The notes beneath the pieces are model-generated. The model did not search any database. It was not told where the DNA came from and was given only the letters and a program-made list of their open reading frames with translations. The position numbers and the translations under genes were made by a program. Below are positions 1 through 8,065 of a DNA stretch of 20,000 nucleotides, piece after piece. The stretch's first letter is position 1. Every line of letters starts with the position of its first letter. This DNA is from an uncultured virus (IMG/VR IMGVR_UViG_3300028414_000637) (lineage: Duplodnaviria > Heunggongvirae > Uroviricota > Caudoviricetes): the IMG/VR virus record IMGVR_UViG_3300028414_000637; one strand, given 5' to 3'.

Positions 1-273
1 GAATACATCAATGAAGGTTGGTATACGCATAGTGGTAATGGTCTAGGGTGTTATTATACTGTAGATTTTGCATGTCCAGACAGAGATAACCAACTTTGGT
101 TAGTACATGATATGTTACATGGTGATATGTACTTAGTTGCATATTGTGATGGATATATCTTAAATAGAGCAAACGGCCAAGTATGTGAATATGAAAAGCA
201 CAAAAAAGACTTGCATATTATGGAAAAGTTTGATAAAAAGAAGATTAATTCGACTCTTAAGGATCGGAAATAA
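1..273 (+). CDS. Hypothetical phage protein, 5'-truncated by the window edge
   Basis: Frame 1 is open from base 1 to TAA at 271-273 (EYINEGWYTHSGNGLGCYYTV...KDRK). Not in the ORF track because it has no start in the window. Confidence 0.75.
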   Translation, partial: EYINEGWYTHSGNGLGCYYTVDFACPDRDNQLWLVHDMLHGDMYLVAYCDGYILNRANGQVCEYEKHKKDLHIMEKFDKKKINSTLKDRK

Positions 274-311
274 ATACATATATAATTAACAACATAAATA
301 CGAGAAAGCAA

Positions 312-617
312 ATGTTAAAAACAAAACAATATAAAGAAGGCGATATTGTCACATTAGTAATGACTGGTGGACAAGAATTGCTAGGTAAGTTTGTAAGTGA
401 AAACGGTACAGATTTTGTCGTTAAAAAACCATTGACTTTGGTCTTTGGACAACAGATTTCGTTTCAGCCATTTACTGTAACAGGTGATAGTGAAGGCGAA
501 GTTGTATTACGTGATGATAAAATAGTTTCTGTTTTGCAAACAAACAAAGAAACGACCAAAGCGTATCAATCTGCAACAAGCGGATTAGTTACACCAGACT
601 CAGGATTAATAACGTAA
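312..617 (+). CDS. Conserved small phage protein, possible Sm/LSm-like beta fold
   Basis: 101-aa ORF preceded by ATAAATA (294-300) and GAGAAAG. The pattern GDIVTLVMTGGQELLGKFV..KKP resembles Sm-like proteins of T4-like phages. Confidence 0.6.
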   Translation: MLKTKQYKEGDIVTLVMTGGQELLGKFVSENGTDFVVKKPLTLVFGQQISFQPFTVTGDSEGEVVLRDDKIVSVLQTNKETTKAYQSATSGLVTPDSGLIT

Positions 618-910
618 TGCCAAGTGCCGCAAGAACAACAGATAGTACATCAGCACACTCACCCTGTGGACCAGGTACGTGCGATGCAGGTTCTGAAAAT
701 GTAATCATCAATGGATTAAATGCATTTAGAGTGAATGACAAGGATACACCACACGGTGTACCGCCTTTTTGTACACCACATGTAACTCCTCTTGTTGTAG
801 GTTCGCATAATGTTTTTGTCAATGGGCGTCCATTGGGAAGAGTAGGCGATTCGTTTTCATGTGGCATTAAAGTTGTTTCTGGGTCAGGAAATGTTATTGT
901 AAATAGTTAG
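617..910 (+). CDS. PAAR-domain tail spike tip protein (T4 gp5.4-like)
   Basis: MPSAARTTD, GSENVIING..AFRVND, H..PFC.PH, GSHNVFVNGRPLGRVGD and CG..VVSGSGNV give three PAAR-type repeats with Zn-binding His/Cys. TAATG overlap with the upstream gene. Confidence 0.93.
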   Translation: MPSAARTTDSTSAHSPCGPGTCDAGSENVIINGLNAFRVNDKDTPHGVPPFCTPHVTPLVVGSHNVFVNGRPLGRVGDSFSCGIKVVSGSGNVIVNS

Positions 911-919
911 GATAATAAG

Positions 920-2650
920 ATGGCTAGTGAAGCAGAAATTGAAAGACTATATCAAGAATTTGTAAATAGAGGCGGAGGACAATACACGTTTTCAAACGTA
1001 AATACCACGCCTGCACAGTATTATAGTACAACATCATCTGCATCACTTACACCAGGGCAAGAAGCATTATTGATAGCAAGACAAGAACAGTTTAATAGAC
1101 AGTCTGCATTATCAACTATTGCCAGTGAAGTTGCAGGTAACAACTTTACAAATCCATATATTGGAAGAGCAGATAATAGTATCGGCATCATAAACAACTT
1201 TGCACTAAACCCAACGTTAGCAAATGTTACAGCGTTAGCAGGTGCTTTTGGGTCCTTTAGTGCTATAGAGCAAACAGCAATTTTTGCCGGCATATTAGAA
1301 TTAACAGGTGTTGATGTAGGTAATGTAATTAAAGTATTGGGTATAGGGGCATTAGGCCTTGCACTATTTAATTCTTTAAAAACACATACGACAGGACAAA
1401 TGAGTGATTTGCCGAAAACACTATCAGATGCTAGTGCTTTAGCTGGAATGAATTCTCAGTTTGGCGAACAAAAAGATAGTTGTTCGTTTTTTAATGAAAT
1501 ATTAGGAGTGCTAAGTGGTGGGTTTGATGGCACAATGGATTTTATTGATAATGCATTTGATAAATTAGGTGGGTTTTTACAACAATCAGGCATATCAGGA
1601 ATTATAGACCAAATTACTAGTGCGATAAGTGGTGCAGGAGGCATTATAGGTGATGTAATTAATGCAGTATCTGGTGTTATAAATTCAGCGACATCGGCAC
1701 TCAGTGGTATATTAGGGCAGATAGGAAGTATGGTAGGAAAAGTAACAAATGCGATTGCAGATGTTACAAACCAGATTGCAATGGAAGCCCAAAAGTTATT
1801 AGGTTTAGCAAGTGAATTACTTTCAAAAGCATTGGCATTATCAATGGCGGCGGCGGCATTAGATCCATGTCAAATGGCAGTAATACTTAATACAGGAAGT
1901 AATGAAATGAAAGGTGCAGTTAATAAACTTAATGCACCGATGAATGCACTTTCATCTATTCCTACATCTATTGATAGTAGGGCGGATGCTGGTACTGTTA
2001 TTAAAACAATGGACCAAGCAAAACAAGAAGCATCACAATCTCCTGGAGTCCCACAATCACCATTTACTGAAACTGCAAAATTACATAAACCATTAGACGC
2101 ATATTTGCATAATTTATTTGCAGAAGTTACGGGTATATTCGGAGACACTTTTGATACTATTAAGAATGCAGTAGGAGGAACAGTGCTTTCAGCTACACCT
2201 AAAACTGGCTCATTGCCATCGACATCAACTAATACACCAAAGACAACACCAACAATTATATCAAGTGATGCCTGGAGGCAATGGCAAGGAGCATATTCTA
2301 ATACATTGTTAGAATTAAAAAGAGATATAAAACATCTAAAGATGTTTATTAACCAAGCAGTTGCAACAAAAACTTTTTCTACAGAAGAATTAAAGCAACA
2401 AGCAATCATACTTTCTGAACAATTAGCACAGGATGAAACATCGGTTTCAGTAGAATTAAAATCAGCTAATTCTCAGCTAGTTTATGAATCAGAAGGAAAT
2501 AAATTTAGAATCGATAGCAAAGAGCAAAACAAACTAGAACTTTTGAATTCTAAAGTCGCACCACATACAACTAGACTGATAAATCGTATCAAACGAAATT
2601 ATGCCAGTGCAGTAGTGCAGTGGAACTCTATAGACCAAAATGTTAGGTAA
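920..2650 (+). CDS. Large Gly/Ala/Ser-rich protein, probably virion (baseplate/tail)-associated
   Basis: 576-aa ORF directly after PAAR, with AGGA RBS. It has a hydrophobic segment, amphipathic repeats in the middle and a coiled-coil-like C-terminus. Confidence 0.6.
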   Translation: MASEAEIERLYQEFVNRGGGQYTFSNVNTTPAQYYSTTSSASLTPGQEALLIARQEQFNRQSALSTIASEVAGNNFTNPYIGRADNSIGIINNFALNPTLANVTALAGAFGSFSAIEQTAIFAGILELTGVDVGNVIKVLGIGALGLALFNSLKTHTTGQMSDLPKTLSDASALAGMNSQFGEQKDSCSFFNEILGVLSGGFDGTMDFIDNAFDKLGGFLQQSGISGIIDQITSAISGAGGIIGDVINAVSGVINSATSALSGILGQIGSMVGKVTNAIADVTNQIAMEAQKLLGLASELLSKALALSMAAAALDPCQMAVILNTGSNEMKGAVNKLNAPMNALSSIPTSIDSRADAGTVIKTMDQAKQEASQSPGVPQSPFTETAKLHKPLDAYLHNLFAEVTGIFGDTFDTIKNAVGGTVLSATPKTGSLPSTSTNTPKTTPTIISSDAWRQWQGAYSNTLLELKRDIKHLKMFINQAVATKTFSTEELKQQAIILSEQLAQDETSVSVELKSANSQLVYESEGNKFRIDSKEQNKLELLNSKVAPHTTRLINRIKRNYASAVVQWNSIDQNVR

Positions 2651-2655
2651 TATTA

Positions 2656-3360
2656 ATGATAGGTATTTTTGGAGATAGTTTTGCACATGAGAATGGCGCC
2701 ATAGGCTGGCCAACTATATTATCGCAACTAAGCGATGAACCACAAGAAAACTTTGCACTATATGGAACTTCATTGTCTTATTCATATAGAAAACTTTTAG
2801 ATAATATCGATAGATTACAAGAGTATTCTAAAATTATTTTTATATGTACTGAACCAGGCCGACTGCATTTAATCAATAATAGTACAAACCATGAATTACT
2901 TTACAATTCTCGTAATGCTACAGAATCTATGGCTTTAAATAATCAATTTAAATTTTCTAAATTTAACATTTCAAATGATGAAAAAGTTAATCTGCAAGTA
3001 TTACATGCGGCACATACTTTACGTGTTCATTATCCTGATACATTTGATTTCGTTGATGATGCAGTAAAACGTGCAGTGAGTTCTTTACACGATAAAACAT
3101 TGATTTTAAATACTAGGGAATTAGCTAACATCAGTAAATTAGATATGAAAGATATGATGCCAACTATAGATATATGGGAAGATTCCAGTCTAGGAAGAGT
3201 GTGTCATATGAGTCATCAACAAAATAAAGAATTAGCAAGATACATAAAAAGATATTTTGATGATGGACTTGATGTGCATAGTACACTTATTGATGCAAAA
3301 ACACACTATACAGAATCGGCAACTCTGGCTCAAGCAGGCCTTAGGATGACAGCACCATGA
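2656..3360 (+). CDS. SGNH/GDSL-like hydrolase or acyltransferase family protein
   Basis: N-terminal IGIFGDSFA, then W, NFA..GTS, and a C-terminal CHMS..QN motif. Confidence 0.6.
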   Translation: MIGIFGDSFAHENGAIGWPTILSQLSDEPQENFALYGTSLSYSYRKLLDNIDRLQEYSKIIFICTEPGRLHLINNSTNHELLYNSRNATESMALNNQFKFSKFNISNDEKVNLQVLHAAHTLRVHYPDTFDFVDDAVKRAVSSLHDKTLILNTRELANISKLDMKDMMPTIDIWEDSSLGRVCHMSHQQNKELARYIKRYFDDGLDVHSTLIDAKTHYTESATLAQAGLRMTAP

Positions 3361-4022
3361 AAAATAAAAAGTTAATCTGGATATTTGGACAAACATCAGA
3401 CTTTAGTAAAGAAATTATTAGACAGCAACAAATTAGATATAATGATGATGTTGAGATATTTGGTAGAGACAATTTTGTATTTGTTGATACTCAAGGTTGT
3501 GTAGAAAAAGTATCAAGGATGAAAGTACCAGATTATATAATCATAAATCAAAAGTGTGATTTTTTACCAAAGGATGAACCTCCTCACTGGAATCAAGGAC
3601 TTAAACATATAAACCAACATCAGGACCCATACTCATGGAAATGGTCATACCCAGTAACAGTTATTAATACTATATCACACGTTCTTAATGAAGTGCAATC
3701 ATCAAATAGACGTAGTGGTAAAAAAGATATAAATGTTATATTCATTACAAGTTCTATCACTGTAACTGATAAGACTGCCGCATATAAATTTAAGTATAAA
3801 GATTATATTAGTATAAGACAGATGCAACAGCAACAATGGATGGCATGTAGCAAAGAGAATATGAAAATAGCATGTATGAGTCCGTCATACTTAGATGAAA
3901 CTAATATAGAAGAATATGCAGGCCGTGTAGTAAATAGTGTACATACGACAATAATGGATAATCATATATTAGATTTAAGTAGAAATACTGATGATCCAAT
4001 GCCATGGATAAAACTCTCTTAA
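3357..4022 (+). CDS. Degenerate short-chain dehydrogenase/Rossmann-like protein
   Basis: IWIFGQTSDFSKEI (degenerate nucleotide-binding loop), IIINQ and VIFITSS. ATGA overlap with the upstream gene. Confidence 0.45.
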   Translation: MKNKKLIWIFGQTSDFSKEIIRQQQIRYNDDVEIFGRDNFVFVDTQGCVEKVSRMKVPDYIIINQKCDFLPKDEPPHWNQGLKHINQHQDPYSWKWSYPVTVINTISHVLNEVQSSNRRSGKKDINVIFITSSITVTDKTAAYKFKYKDYISIRQMQQQQWMACSKENMKIACMSPSYLDETNIEEYAGRVVNSVHTTIMDNHILDLSRNTDDPMPWIKLS

Positions 4023-4050
4023 ATGATAAATAGATATAAGGAGTTTAATT

Positions 4051-4746
4051 ATGCGTATTGAAGAAATTTTAAAACCAATGGAAGAAGGCGTCAATGACCC
4101 TCATATTTTTAAAGCAGTATTTTTTGCTGGAGGCCCAGGCGCAGGTAAAACTTTTGTTGCTAAAAAATTACTAAAAGGTACTGGACTTAAACCTATAAAC
4201 TCTGATGACATTTTCGAGTTTATGATGGGCAAAGCAGGTAAAGAATTAACTCCTGACAATATCTATTCAGATGAAGGACAAAGAATTCGTAATCGTGCTA
4301 AAGAGATTACTGCGAATAAAGAAGCATCACATATCGCAGGAAGATTAGGACTTATAATTGATGGTACTGGCAAAGACGTTGCAAAAGTATCAAAAGCACA
4401 AGAACAGTTACATCAACTTGGTTATGACACTATGATGTTGTTTGTAAACACAAGTGAAGAAGTTGCACAGAAACGTAATCAGGATCGCCCAAGAAGTCTT
4501 CCTAGAGAACAAGTTAATAAGATGTGGAATTCAGTACAACAAAATCTTATGAAGTTTCAGCAACTATTTCGTGCAGGCAACTTCCACATTGTAGATAATT
4601 CTGGCGGACTTGAAGATCCAGAAAGAGCAGAAAACTTTTCAAAAGTTAACAATCAAATTGATAAGTTTCTTATTCAACCACCGTCTAAGCGTCAAGCAAA
4701 GCAGTGGATACAAGACGAAAAAACAAAACGCAATACTGGTCCATAA
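4051..4746 (+). CDS. Zeta-toxin-like / AAA_33 P-loop kinase
   Basis: Walker A AGGPGAGKT, INSDD, LIIDGTG and A..RN..R.R lid. AAGGAG RBS, with ATAAATA at 4026-4032. Confidence 0.8.
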   Translation: MRIEEILKPMEEGVNDPHIFKAVFFAGGPGAGKTFVAKKLLKGTGLKPINSDDIFEFMMGKAGKELTPDNIYSDEGQRIRNRAKEITANKEASHIAGRLGLIIDGTGKDVAKVSKAQEQLHQLGYDTMMLFVNTSEEVAQKRNQDRPRSLPREQVNKMWNSVQQNLMKFQQLFRAGNFHIVDNSGGLEDPERAENFSKVNNQIDKFLIQPPSKRQAKQWIQDEKTKRNTGP

Positions 4747-4752
4747 TAACTA

Positions 4753-4781
4753 TTGACATTCCTCACTAAATATAGTATTAT
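4753..4781 (+). promoter_or_regulatory. sigma70-type promoter
   Basis: TTGACA (4753-4758), 17 bp, TATTAT (4776-4781), upstream of the glycosyltransferase. Confidence 0.7.
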
Positions 4782-4806
4782 TAGTATATAACTATGTAGG
4801 TGAATA

Positions 4807-5661
4807 ATGGATCAAAACATACTAGAAAAATTTCAAAATTATCGCAAAAATATTGACTTAGAGTTTATTTCAAAAACTCACGTTCATTATTGTACCCCTT
4901 GTTATGGTGGACAAATCACAGAGCCTTTCTTTCGTAGTTGGACTAAGGCACATATGATGTATACTAGACACGAAATACCTTACTCAGTTACAACTAGTGC
5001 AAATGAATCGTTGATATCAAGAGCCCGTTGTCATATGGTTGCGTACTTTATGGCTAATCCAAAAGCAACACATTTAATGTTTATTGACGCTGATGTTAAT
5101 TTTGATTGTATTGATATCTTACATATGTTGCAACATGATAAAGATATTATAGTCGGTGCATATCCAAAAAAAGATTTAGATTGGAGAGGCATAGAACGTA
5201 GAATACTAGGTGGCCGTGCGGATACATTAGAAGATTTGAAACAAGCAGGCGCCAATTATGCATTGAATTTTGATTGGAACATAGAAGAAGACAATTCACG
5301 TAAAATAAAAACTAAAGATGGGTTGGTAAAGTTACGTGACGCGGCAACTGGTTTTATGTTGATAAAACGTGAAGTAATTGAAAAAATGATTTCCGCTTAT
5401 CCTGATTTGTATTTTAATAATGATTTGAATATGGATGAAGAATTTGCTAAATGGACTTATCTATTTTTTGATTGTATGCATGAACAAGATACAAAGCGGT
5501 ATCTATCAGAGGACTACGCATTTTGTCGTAGATGGCAAGCATTAGGTGGTGAAGTTTGGCTAGACCCACTAATCAATTTAGACCATGTAGGGCACTTTAC
5601 CTTTTCTGGTAATGTTGGTAAAATATTTCAACAAAATTCTTCAATCGAAGATGACATATAG
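4807..5661 (+). CDS. GT-A fold glycosyltransferase (phage GT2-like)
   Basis: TPCYGG, ESLISRAR, THLMFIDAD (DxD), GAYPKK, ATGFMLIKR, YLSEDYAFCRRW and LDHVG. Confidence 0.85.
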   Translation: MDQNILEKFQNYRKNIDLEFISKTHVHYCTPCYGGQITEPFFRSWTKAHMMYTRHEIPYSVTTSANESLISRARCHMVAYFMANPKATHLMFIDADVNFDCIDILHMLQHDKDIIVGAYPKKDLDWRGIERRILGGRADTLEDLKQAGANYALNFDWNIEEDNSRKIKTKDGLVKLRDAATGFMLIKREVIEKMISAYPDLYFNNDLNMDEEFAKWTYLFFDCMHEQDTKRYLSEDYAFCRRWQALGGEVWLDPLINLDHVGHFTFSGNVGKIFQQNSSIEDDI

Positions 5662-5686
5662 TAAAAGAGGCCTAAGCCCCTTTTAC
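5661..5686. terminator. Bidirectional intrinsic terminator between convergent genes
   Basis: The minus strand reads GTAAAAGGGGC-TTAG-GCCTCTTTTAC, a stem with A/T tails on both sides. Confidence 0.7.
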
Positions 5687-5736
5687 TTTTTTGTACCATT
5701 GATGAAATCTAATTCTTCTTCTGTGTAAGGCCACAT
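5683..5736 (-). CDS. 17-aa microprotein MWPYTEEELDFINGTKK
   Basis: The ATG lies 1 nt after the stop of the preceding ORF, with GGAAG upstream. It ends in the terminator. Confidence 0.5.
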   Translation of the reverse strand: MWPYTEEELDFINGTKK

Positions 5737-5737
5737 A

Positions 5738-5872
5738 TCAAAAACTTCCATACATGTTGTGTTTAAATTCAGAAATCTCATTGGCTTTTTTATAATAGCC
5801 TCTACTTCTTAGTTCTCTAATTGCCATACAGTAACTTCTGTATTCCATTGCTTTTATAAATCTTTTAAACAT
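5738..5872 (-). CDS. 44-aa microprotein MFKRFIKAMEYRSYCMAIRELRSRGYYKKANEISEFKHNMYGSF
   Basis: Overlaps the stop of the upstream ORF and has a GAGAA RBS. Shares an A..EL...GY.K.A motif with the neighbouring ORF. Confidence 0.7.
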   Translation of the reverse strand: MFKRFIKAMEYRSYCMAIRELRSRGYYKKANEISEFKHNMYGSF

Positions 5873-6053
5873 CATTTTCTCTTAACATTAATGCTTTAGC
5901 TTCTTTGATATACCCTTGACGGTACAACTCACTTGCCGCTCTTGCACGACCGGCACTCTCACCAAACGCCCATATTGCCATAACCGCTGTTGTAAGAGCC
6001 ATCTTTATTATTTCACATATTCTGCATGTGCTTCTAATTATCATCGTATTCAT
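5865..6053 (-). CDS. 62-aa small protein with a GRARAASEL..GY..EAK.LML motif
   Basis: The ORF track gives 5865..6062. The start is moved to 6053 because of a TAATG overlap with the upstream ORF. Confidence 0.75.
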   Translation of the reverse strand: MNTMIIRSTCRICEIIKMALTTAVMAIWAFGESAGRARAASELYRQGYIKEAKALMLRENDV

Positions 6054-6223
6054 TATACCCATCCCTTAAGATTATGATTTACTGTAGTTTCACGCCTTTG
6101 TAATACTCGTTGTCTACGCTCTAAGTCAACTAAGTCGTGCGAACTAGCCAAGTAATCATATTCTATTTGTTCTATTGTTCTTGGTTTTAATTTCTTTAGT
6201 AATTTTAAAATAAACTTAAGCAT
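6053..6223 (-). CDS. 56-aa DUF3563-like small protein
   Basis: MLKFILKLLKKLKPRTIEQIEYDYLASSHDLVDLERRQRVLQRRETTVNHNLKGWV. The YLA.S.DL.DLERR.R.L motif is typical of DUF3563. GGAAGGA RBS. Confidence 0.7.
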   Translation of the reverse strand: MLKFILKLLKKLKPRTIEQIEYDYLASSHDLVDLERRQRVLQRRETTVNHNLKGWV

Positions 6224-6416
6224 TAAAATTCCTTCCGATATGTCCTAATCCGTGATATCCTTTTGGTCCATCACCTGTTTCTATCATTACTTGATAGGCA
6301 TACTGCCAATCATTCTTGTATTCTGTTTTGGCCCAAAGCATCATGTCCTTTTGCAACTTATTAGAAGTTCTGGACGAAAAGACACTCACAAGGCCGCTGA
6401 AAAAGTTCAACGTCAT
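6216..6416 (-). CDS. 66-aa hypothetical protein (WAKTEY..DWQYAY motif), first gene of the microprotein operon
   Basis: GGAGAA RBS upstream of the ATG; overlaps the next ORF. Confidence 0.75.
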   Translation of the reverse strand: MTLNFFSGLVSVFSSRTSNKLQKDMMLWAKTEYKNDWQYAYQVMIETGDGPKGYHGLGHIGRNFNA

Positions 6417-6444
6417 TTACGTTCTCCGTATAAAATAAATTTTC

Positions 6445-6561
6445 TTTGTGCTTGAGGAAAGCAATACCCCGGTCTTTTCCGGCGTCATTCGTTTGTTGTG
6501 GCAGTCTGCGCCTGCCCTGGTCTTTCCCAGTGCCAATACAAGAAAGGACTTCTTGTATCAC
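6445..6561 (-). ncRNA. Structured GC-rich 5' leader or small RNA upstream of the microprotein operon
   Basis: Minus-strand hairpins: GATACAAGAA/TTCTTGTATT (6535-6559), CTGG-GAAAGA-CCAG (6517-6530), GGCAG/CTGCC (6500-6516) and CCGG-AAAAGA-CCGG (6469-6482). Confidence 0.55.
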
Positions 6562-6564
6562 TTT

Positions 6565-6578
6565 TATTTATATAAATA
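6565..6578. promoter_or_regulatory. Palindromic T4-late-type promoter (TATAAATA on both strands)
   Basis: TATTTATATAAATA is a perfect palindrome. The minus-strand copy sits just upstream of the structured leader. Confidence 0.55.
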
Positions 6579-6686
6579 TACACGAATAAATGATGAATTA
6601 ACAGTGTTTTTTCGACATTCCCGCTATGTCCTAAATGCAAAGCTACTTGCATACCTCGATAACCTCACTGCATATCAAAATAACTA

Positions 6687-6715
6687 TTGATTTTTTATAT
6701 TAAATATGTTATTAT
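6687..6715 (+). promoter_or_regulatory. sigma70-type promoter for the yggX operon
   Basis: TTGATT, 17 bp, TATTAT with an upstream TG. Confidence 0.5.
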
Positions 6716-6744
6716 AACTAAGTAATATTACAAAAGGAGACAAT

Positions 6745-7029
6745 ATGCCAAAAGTTTTTTGTTCAAAGTATAATGAAGAATTGCCCGGATTAGAAAAAGC
6801 ACCATTTCCGGGAGAAGCAGGTAAACGAGTACTTGAGAATGTCTCAGAAAAAGCATGGAATGAATGGTTAAATTTTCAAACTATTTTGATAAATGAGAAT
6901 AGACTAAATTTAATGGATGAAAGTGCTAGGGCATTCTTGTCAGAGAATAGAGATAAGTTCTTATATGAGCCAGGCGAACTTGCTATGCCTGAGCAATATA
7001 GGGATCCTAATATCCCTGACCTAAGATAG
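6745..7029 (+). CDS. yggX: Fe(II)-trafficking / oxidative damage protection protein (YggX family)
   Basis: VFCSKY..ELPGL..PFPGE.GKRV.ENVS..AW.EW...QT.LINE.RLNL matches YggX. AAAGGAG RBS. Confidence 0.92.
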   Translation: MPKVFCSKYNEELPGLEKAPFPGEAGKRVLENVSEKAWNEWLNFQTILINENRLNLMDESARAFLSENRDKFLYEPGELAMPEQYRDPNIPDLR

Positions 7030-7040
7030 AAAGATAGTAA

Positions 7041-7655
7041 ATGGAAATTTCGATACAAAGTGAAAAAGTTCCCGTATGGGAATTAAGTAATGTAACATTA
7101 CCAAATTTAGACGTACCTGCATTATATAACAATAGTACGGAAAAATTACTTCCAATGAGTCAAAAACGTGAGCCTATGGACTTAGTTGAAGGCAATGATA
7201 ATCATCTAAAATTCCAAACAGAATGGCTTAGACATTGTGACACTATTCAGACATTTTTAAAGGATGGATCCGCATATAAAGAATGTATTGAATTACAGCC
7301 TATGTGGCCTAATGGTTTTGCAAGATTTGATTGGCCTAGACATTTAAGCTGTATACAAATAATGCATGACAGAGACGGTTTTAGTATGGGGTCTCATATT
7401 GATAACAGGACAGTAGTTGGAGTAGTTATTGTAAATTTACAAGATAATCCTATTGGTTCTGGTACATCATTTCATAGGTATACGGATCCTCATAATGTCG
7501 AAGACAGTTGGTATCAAGGACCTACTAAAAAAGGCACAGGCGTATTCTTTCTCAATAATTGGAATACCTGGCATAGTGTAAATAATAGCGGTGGTGGTGA
7601 TAGACTAATTGCATATAACATTATACCATTATCGAATATGTTTCAACTTAACTAG
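7041..7655 (+). CDS. 2OG-Fe(II) oxygenase-like protein
   Basis: HxD (SHIDNR), GTSF, distal His (WHSV) and R (DRL). Confidence 0.7.
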   Translation: MEISIQSEKVPVWELSNVTLPNLDVPALYNNSTEKLLPMSQKREPMDLVEGNDNHLKFQTEWLRHCDTIQTFLKDGSAYKECIELQPMWPNGFARFDWPRHLSCIQIMHDRDGFSMGSHIDNRTVVGVVIVNLQDNPIGSGTSFHRYTDPHNVEDSWYQGPTKKGTGVFFLNNWNTWHSVNNSGGGDRLIAYNIIPLSNMFQLN

Positions 7656-7663
7656 GTGAATTG

Positions 7664-8065
7664 ATGAAAAAGTTAGTATGGAAAGTACATCTTGTAGCAG
7701 ACCACGTTAATGCAGGAGGAACTGTTAGTGGAGGAAGGCTATTTGATATGGCTGATGTATCGGCATACACTATGATTAATGAAACATTTTTAACAGAAAG
7801 ACCGGACATTGCGGTAGTTACAAATAGTGCGGATGTTAAGTTTGTTGCTCCTGCATATGCATATGGCTTTATAGAATCCTATGCTGAAATTATAGAAGTA
7901 ACACCTGCAAGAATAAATGTATCAATTACGATGCAATACCGAGACAATAGAAGTTTAGATTGGTATGACTGTTTTGTGGGAACTTTTAGTTTTACATGTT
8001 TAGATAAAGCGACTCGCAAAGTTTATAAAATGTCAAAAGAGGAAATGAATGAAATTAAAAGCTAA
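7664..8065 (+). CDS. Hotdog-fold acyl-CoA thioesterase (YciA-like)
   Basis: HVNAGGTVSGGRLFDMAD, VVT, VKFVAP and FSFTCLD. Confidence 0.8.
   Translation: MKKLVWKVHLVADHVNAGGTVSGGRLFDMADVSAYTMINETFLTERPDIAVVTNSADVKFVAPAYAYGFIESYAEIIEVTPARINVSITMQYRDNRSLDWYDCFVGTFSFTCLDKATRKVYKMSKEEMNEIKS

Noticed and set aside
6452..6470. GAGGAAAG as the RNase P CR-I motif
   Set aside because: It is not followed by TCC, there is no CR-V partner, and the structure reads better on the minus strand.
6469..6535. Cobalamin riboswitch (ACTGGGAA-like and AGACC-like words)
   Set aside because: The elements are too compressed and the conserved core is missing.
6252..6690. ORFs 6252..6455(+), 6448..6690(+) and 6361..6561(-)
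   Set aside because: They lack an RBS and are antisense to, or overlap, better supported genes and the structured leader.
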